Assembly (NCBI GenBank): GCA_019358915.1
Contig: JAHHIM010000065.1
Span: 32,001 to 96,000, forward strand
Direction of reading: 5' to 3'
Source: Trichormus sp. ATA11-4-KO1
GTDB lineage: Bacteria > Cyanobacteriota > Cyanobacteriia > Cyanobacteriales > Nostocaceae
DNA: 64,000 nt
Part shown: positions 60,202-64,000 of the stretch, piece after piece
Layout of the letters: each line of letters opens with the position of its first letter
How positions within the stretch are numbered: the first letter of the stretch is position 1
The notes under the pieces: generated by a model
Told to the model about the DNA's origin: nothing
Seen by the model: the letters and a program-made list of their open reading frames with translations, nothing else
The model's database searches: none
Made by a program: the position numbers and the translations under genes

Positions 60202-61341
60202 GTGGTCCTATTAAAAGGCTTTGAGATTGAGATGTACACTGGTACGCCTCAAGGTGAAATCGTCGGTCTCTCCGACAAAATAGTGGAATCTTTGGATGGA
60301 TTTGTGCGGGAACCAGATAGCCGCAACGTGGAATACACAACCCAGCCACTGAGTGACTATGAAAATCTATTGTGTGCCTTGCTACGTCCCCGACGAGCAT
60401 TGCGCAGCTACCTCCAAAGTTTGGGCAACTACACTCTGATTCCCGGCAGTACCCTATCTTTAGGTGGGAGCGATCGCTTTTTTCGTTCCAACCCCGATAA
60501 CCCGTATCATGACTTCATTGAAAACACTTACGGCACAAAAGTAGTCACCGCCAGCGTTCATATCAATATCGGCATCAGCGACCCAGAAATACTCATGCGA
60601 GCTTGTCGGCTCATTCGTGTAGAAGCTCCGTTATTTCTCGCCCTGAGCGCCTCCTCTCCCTTCCTGGATGGCAAAGCCACCGGTTATCACTCCACCCGTT
60701 GGGGTGTGTTTCCCCAAACGCCCACCCACGTCCCCTTATTTACCAGCCACGCCCATCATATTCAATGGGTAGAAGCACAAATAGCGGCTGGAACCATGCA
60801 AAATGTGCGGCATTTGTGGACATCGGTGCGACCAAATGGCGATCGCCGTCCCTATGACCTGAATCGCCTAGAATTGCGAATTTGTGACTTAGTGACAGAT
60901 CCCATTGCCTTACTAGCAATTGCGGCCTTTCTAGAAGCTCGTATATTGCAATTAATTGAGAATCCTGACCTCGATCCCTTAACTCAAAGTACCTTCTCCC
61001 CCGAAGAACTCATTTCTCTCACCGCCAGTAACGAAGTAGCCGCAGCTACTGCTAGTCTTGATGCTCAACTACAACATTGGCAAGACGGCAGAACTATCTT
61101 AGCTAGAGACTGGATTGCTGAACTCTACCAAGAAGTTTGGGCGATCGCTAAACAACAAGGATTTAGCTGTTTCCTTTCCCCCTTGCATAAAATTCTCCGC
61201 GAAGGTAACGAAGCCCAGCAGTGGTTACAACTGCACGCAGTTGGTTTCGACTCTCGCTGTGTCGTCACCCAGGCGATTCTTGCCACTCAAGAACGTGAAA
61301 TCGAACTGGAAAACAAATTGTGTTCGTCCCAGTTAGCTTAA
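60202..61341 (+). CDS. gshA: Glutamate-cysteine ligase, cyanobacterial type
   Basis: KGFEIEMYTG, REPDSRNVEY, ASVHINIG, RLELRICD. Confidence 0.92.
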   Translation: MVLLKGFEIEMYTGTPQGEIVGLSDKIVESLDGFVREPDSRNVEYTTQPLSDYENLLCALLRPRRALRSYLQSLGNYTLIPGSTLSLGGSDRFFRSNPDNPYHDFIENTYGTKVVTASVHINIGISDPEILMRACRLIRVEAPLFLALSASSPFLDGKATGYHSTRWGVFPQTPTHVPLFTSHAHHIQWVEAQIAAGTMQNVRHLWTSVRPNGDRRPYDLNRLELRICDLVTDPIALLAIAAFLEARILQLIENPDLDPLTQSTFSPEELISLTASNEVAAATASLDAQLQHWQDGRTILARDWIAELYQEVWAIAKQQGFSCFLSPLHKILREGNEAQQWLQLHAVGFDSRCVVTQAILATQEREIELENKLCSSQLA

Positions 61342-61374
61342 AGCTGTATCCTCTGTCTTCATCCAAAAGATAGA

Positions 61375-61412
61375 TTTTGGGGAGAAACTAAAATAGATTT
61401 TCTCTCCCAAAA
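61375..61412 (+). terminator. Hairpin downstream of gshA
   Basis: ttttggggagaaa...tttctctcccaaaa. Confidence 0.55.
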
Positions 61413-61600
61413 ATTATTTGTGTCTAACAGTCAAAAAGCTGGAAGAAACAGGTTCTTAGAGAATTTATCTTGAGTTTTAAAAATCTAATCGATATAGACT
61501 ACTTGATATTTATTAATAAAATTTATAGATAGCCTCTATCGAAAGGTAGATTTTAAGTAAATTCAGTATATTTTTATACAAACTATTAGTTTCACGGACA

Positions 61601-62062
61601 ATGCCCCAGGTTGTTTTGGTTTATCCGCAAATACCCCCCAACACAGGCAACATTGCGCGTACTTGTGCTGCTACAGGTACAGAATTACATTTAGTAGCAC
61701 CTTTGGGTTTTGAAATTAGCGATCGCTACCTCAAAAGAGCGGGTTTAGATTACTGGCCTTATGTCAAGCTGCACTATCACGAATCGCTAGAAGCCTTTAA
61801 AAACATCCATCAAGAGCGTGGAGGTAGATGCTTAGGTTTCAGCGCCAGAGGTAATTATAATTACGCCCAATTTCAATTTCAAACCGATGATTGGTTACTT
61901 TTTGGCAGTGAAACCACTGGCTTACCACCAGATGTTCTGTCAGCCTGTGATGCTACTCTTTATATTCCCATGCACCAACCGCAGGTTCGCAGTTTGAATC
62001 TTTCGGTAAGTGTGGCAGTAGGTTTATTTGAAGCTCGTCGTCAGTTGGGTTATTTATTGTAA
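61601..62062 (+). CDS. trmL: tRNA (cytidine/uridine-34-2'-O)-methyltransferase
   Basis: PQIPPNTGNIARTCA, RAGLDYW, FGSETTGLP, RSLNLS. Confidence 0.95.
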   Translation: MPQVVLVYPQIPPNTGNIARTCAATGTELHLVAPLGFEISDRYLKRAGLDYWPYVKLHYHESLEAFKNIHQERGGRCLGFSARGNYNYAQFQFQTDDWLLFGSETTGLPPDVLSACDATLYIPMHQPQVRSLNLSVSVAVGLFEARRQLGYLL

Positions 62063-62860
62063 TTTTAGATTAAAAAGACTTAAGTAAAATTACTTATACA
62101 AATCTCATATTTCCATCTCAAGGCACTATCTTCTAAAGAAAAATTTGCCATAGTAATATAAATACAAAATTATATTTTATACTAAAAAATCAGGATTTAA
62201 GTAATATTAGCGAGAAATACTGACTAATCTAACTGGTTTAATATAAGAAATTTGTATATCAAATTCGAGAGGATACCGAATTTGAATGATAGATTTTGAT
62301 GAATCTGAATTGTCTTAGCTTGGGGCATAAAAGAGGTGAAACCTTCTCTTATAAAGCATTTGCACTATTTTTACTTAATAAGTATTTTCCAGGAGGGCAA
62401 AAGTAGTTAGAAGTTTGTACGGTTGATTTTTAGGAAAGAATCAACGTAAAGTCTCGTGTTGGGAAGACGGATCGGGTAGAAAAACCTTGAAGATATCTAC
62501 AGCAGAGGGCATAGCTTTTGCAGAAGTCTTAGCTGATATCTTGCTGAACAGCCACAATGGGCTTGGTAAATATATAATTATCTTCCAGTCCCAGCTACTA
62601 AAGCAAAATTAGGCAAAGATAACTGTACAAAAGCAAACCGTTCTAGGGTGTGTAGGAGTGGAGTAGACAAGTCAGCACAGCAATTTTAATTTTTGCTAAA
62701 AAGTGTGAACTTGTCTAAATCAGAGAAGCAGGTTAATCTTGCGTAAGTATCTCTGGTGAAAGTGATCTTGATCTATCATTCGATGTGATCTAAATCATTG
62801 ACTAGTATCCGACTGAAAAATCGAGATCAGTTAAGCGCTAGTGATCATAGGAGGTCGTCT

Positions 62861-64000
62861 TTGAAACGAGCATTGAAAAAAAGAGAAAAGGCTGTGCTGA
62901 AAAATACCCCCAGCAGTGATGATGCCCCAGTGGAACAGCTCAATATCAACGTAGTAAATCCCAGGGTTAACCGCCGGGTGCGGACAAAAGCCGCCATGAT
63001 TGGCTTGGCAATCTCAATGGGAGCAACCAGCCTTTTGGTGACTCGACAAAGCGATCAAGCCCAAGCAGCAGCACCCGTAGGCAGTCAAAAAGCAGCCTCA
63101 ACTATCCCTGCTGTTTCTGACACCGAGGTGAAATTTGCTTCCACAAAGCTGGAGACTCAAATAGTCTCATCAGCCAGCGTGCCAGAAAATCCTGTCATCG
63201 TGGAACCAACAGCAATTTCACAATTGCCTGGGCTTGAAGCTAGATGGCAAGTTGCGGCAAGTGGAATGTCTGTGCAAGTTCCTACATCAGACACGTTATC
63301 CAAAATAGCAGTTTCTCAAACTTCCTCATACCAGCAATCCCCAGTTTTGCAGGGATTAGCCACAGGAAACCATCCAGGAGAGACAGTACAAAAAGTGTCC
63401 AGTGATGATAGCGTTACTGATGGACACACTGCACTACTGACACCCCAACCACAACAAAGCACAGTTGCCAGTGGTGAAATTAATGCTCAACTTAAGGCTC
63501 AACAAGAGTTTGCCCTAAATCGCTTACAAGAAAAATCGCACCGTTTAAGAAAAAGTCTGGCGGAGTTGCGGTCTGAGGAGACCAAAATATCACAAACCAA
63601 CATAGAGTTGGCGCAGCCGCAAAATACAGAAACAGCGCTACAAATCAGCGCCAGTAAAACGGCAGTAGAAGAGTCGTCAACTCCTACCAATGACATTACA
63701 GAAAGCCTAGCATCAAGGTTACAACAAACGCAGCAGACAAGTGAGCCGCAGCCACAAGCAGTAACAATACCTGTACCAGCTACACCTCAAGTTGTTGCGT
63801 CATCGGCCACTAAAGCCTACGAAGTTAAACCCGGGGATACACTAGCGGCGATCGCTAGTAGATACAATACTTCAATTGCAGAACTAGTTAAGGCAAATAA
63901 TCTTAGCAATCCGGATCAACTAAAAATTAGTCAAAGACTGATTATCCCTATTGCTCAGGTTAACCGCTCCCGAGCCATCCAGATACCAGTGGTAGTCAAC
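62861..64000 (+). CDS. LysM-domain NlpD/M23-type peptidoglycan-associated protein (runs off the window)
   Basis: AGGAGG RBS and TTG start; MKRALKK...AAMIGLAISMGATSLLV; LysM YEVKPGDTLAAIASRYN..L.KAN.L.NPD.L near 63820-63950; M23 domain not in the window. Confidence 0.82.
   Translation, partial: MKRALKKREKAVLKNTPSSDDAPVEQLNINVVNPRVNRRVRTKAAMIGLAISMGATSLLVTRQSDQAQAAAPVGSQKAASTIPAVSDTEVKFASTKLETQIVSSASVPENPVIVEPTAISQLPGLEARWQVAASGMSVQVPTSDTLSKIAVSQTSSYQQSPVLQGLATGNHPGETVQKVSSDDSVTDGHTALLTPQPQQSTVASGEINAQLKAQQEFALNRLQEKSHRLRKSLAELRSEETKISQTNIELAQPQNTETALQISASKTAVEESSTPTNDITESLASRLQQTQQTSEPQPQAVTIPVPATPQVVASSATKAYEVKPGDTLAAIASRYNTSIAELVKANNLSNPDQLKISQRLIIPIAQVNRSRAIQIPVVVN

Noticed and set aside
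63499..63696. 65-aa minus-strand ORF
   Set aside because: Antisense to the LysM/NlpD gene.

Overview
A chromosomal window of a filamentous, probably heterocyst-forming cyanobacterium (Nostocales-like). This is inferred from abundant HIP1 octamers GCGATCGC, heptamer STRR repeats, and hli, pedR and cyanobacterial-type gshA genes. Most content is housekeeping: the NAD operon pncB-nadD-nrtR-nadE with a 21-bp NrtR-type operator, an LCP protein, a serpin, ald, cydB, an ABC-2 exporter, prxQ, a mop/modA/modBC molybdate cluster, frmA/frmB, avtA-rimM, MscS, an HDAC-family protein, gshA, trmL and a partial LysM/NlpD-type gene. Accessory content includes a MazF/RHH toxin-antitoxin pair, an AAA_21 ATPase + DUF4276 pair, and an overlapping UPF1/DNA2-like helicase + wHTH-PLD pair (Mokosh-like defence candidate). 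A HIP1-bounded island holding a coiled-coil effector-like gene and two DUF29 genes separates frmA from frmB. There are several pseudogene remnants (SnoaL/NTF2, integrase, C5-methyltransferase, internally deleted glgP), nested MITEs, and a 50-aa AtpT-like ORF missed by the ORF track. No rRNA, tRNA or CRISPR array was seen. All family calls come from motif recognition, not database searches.
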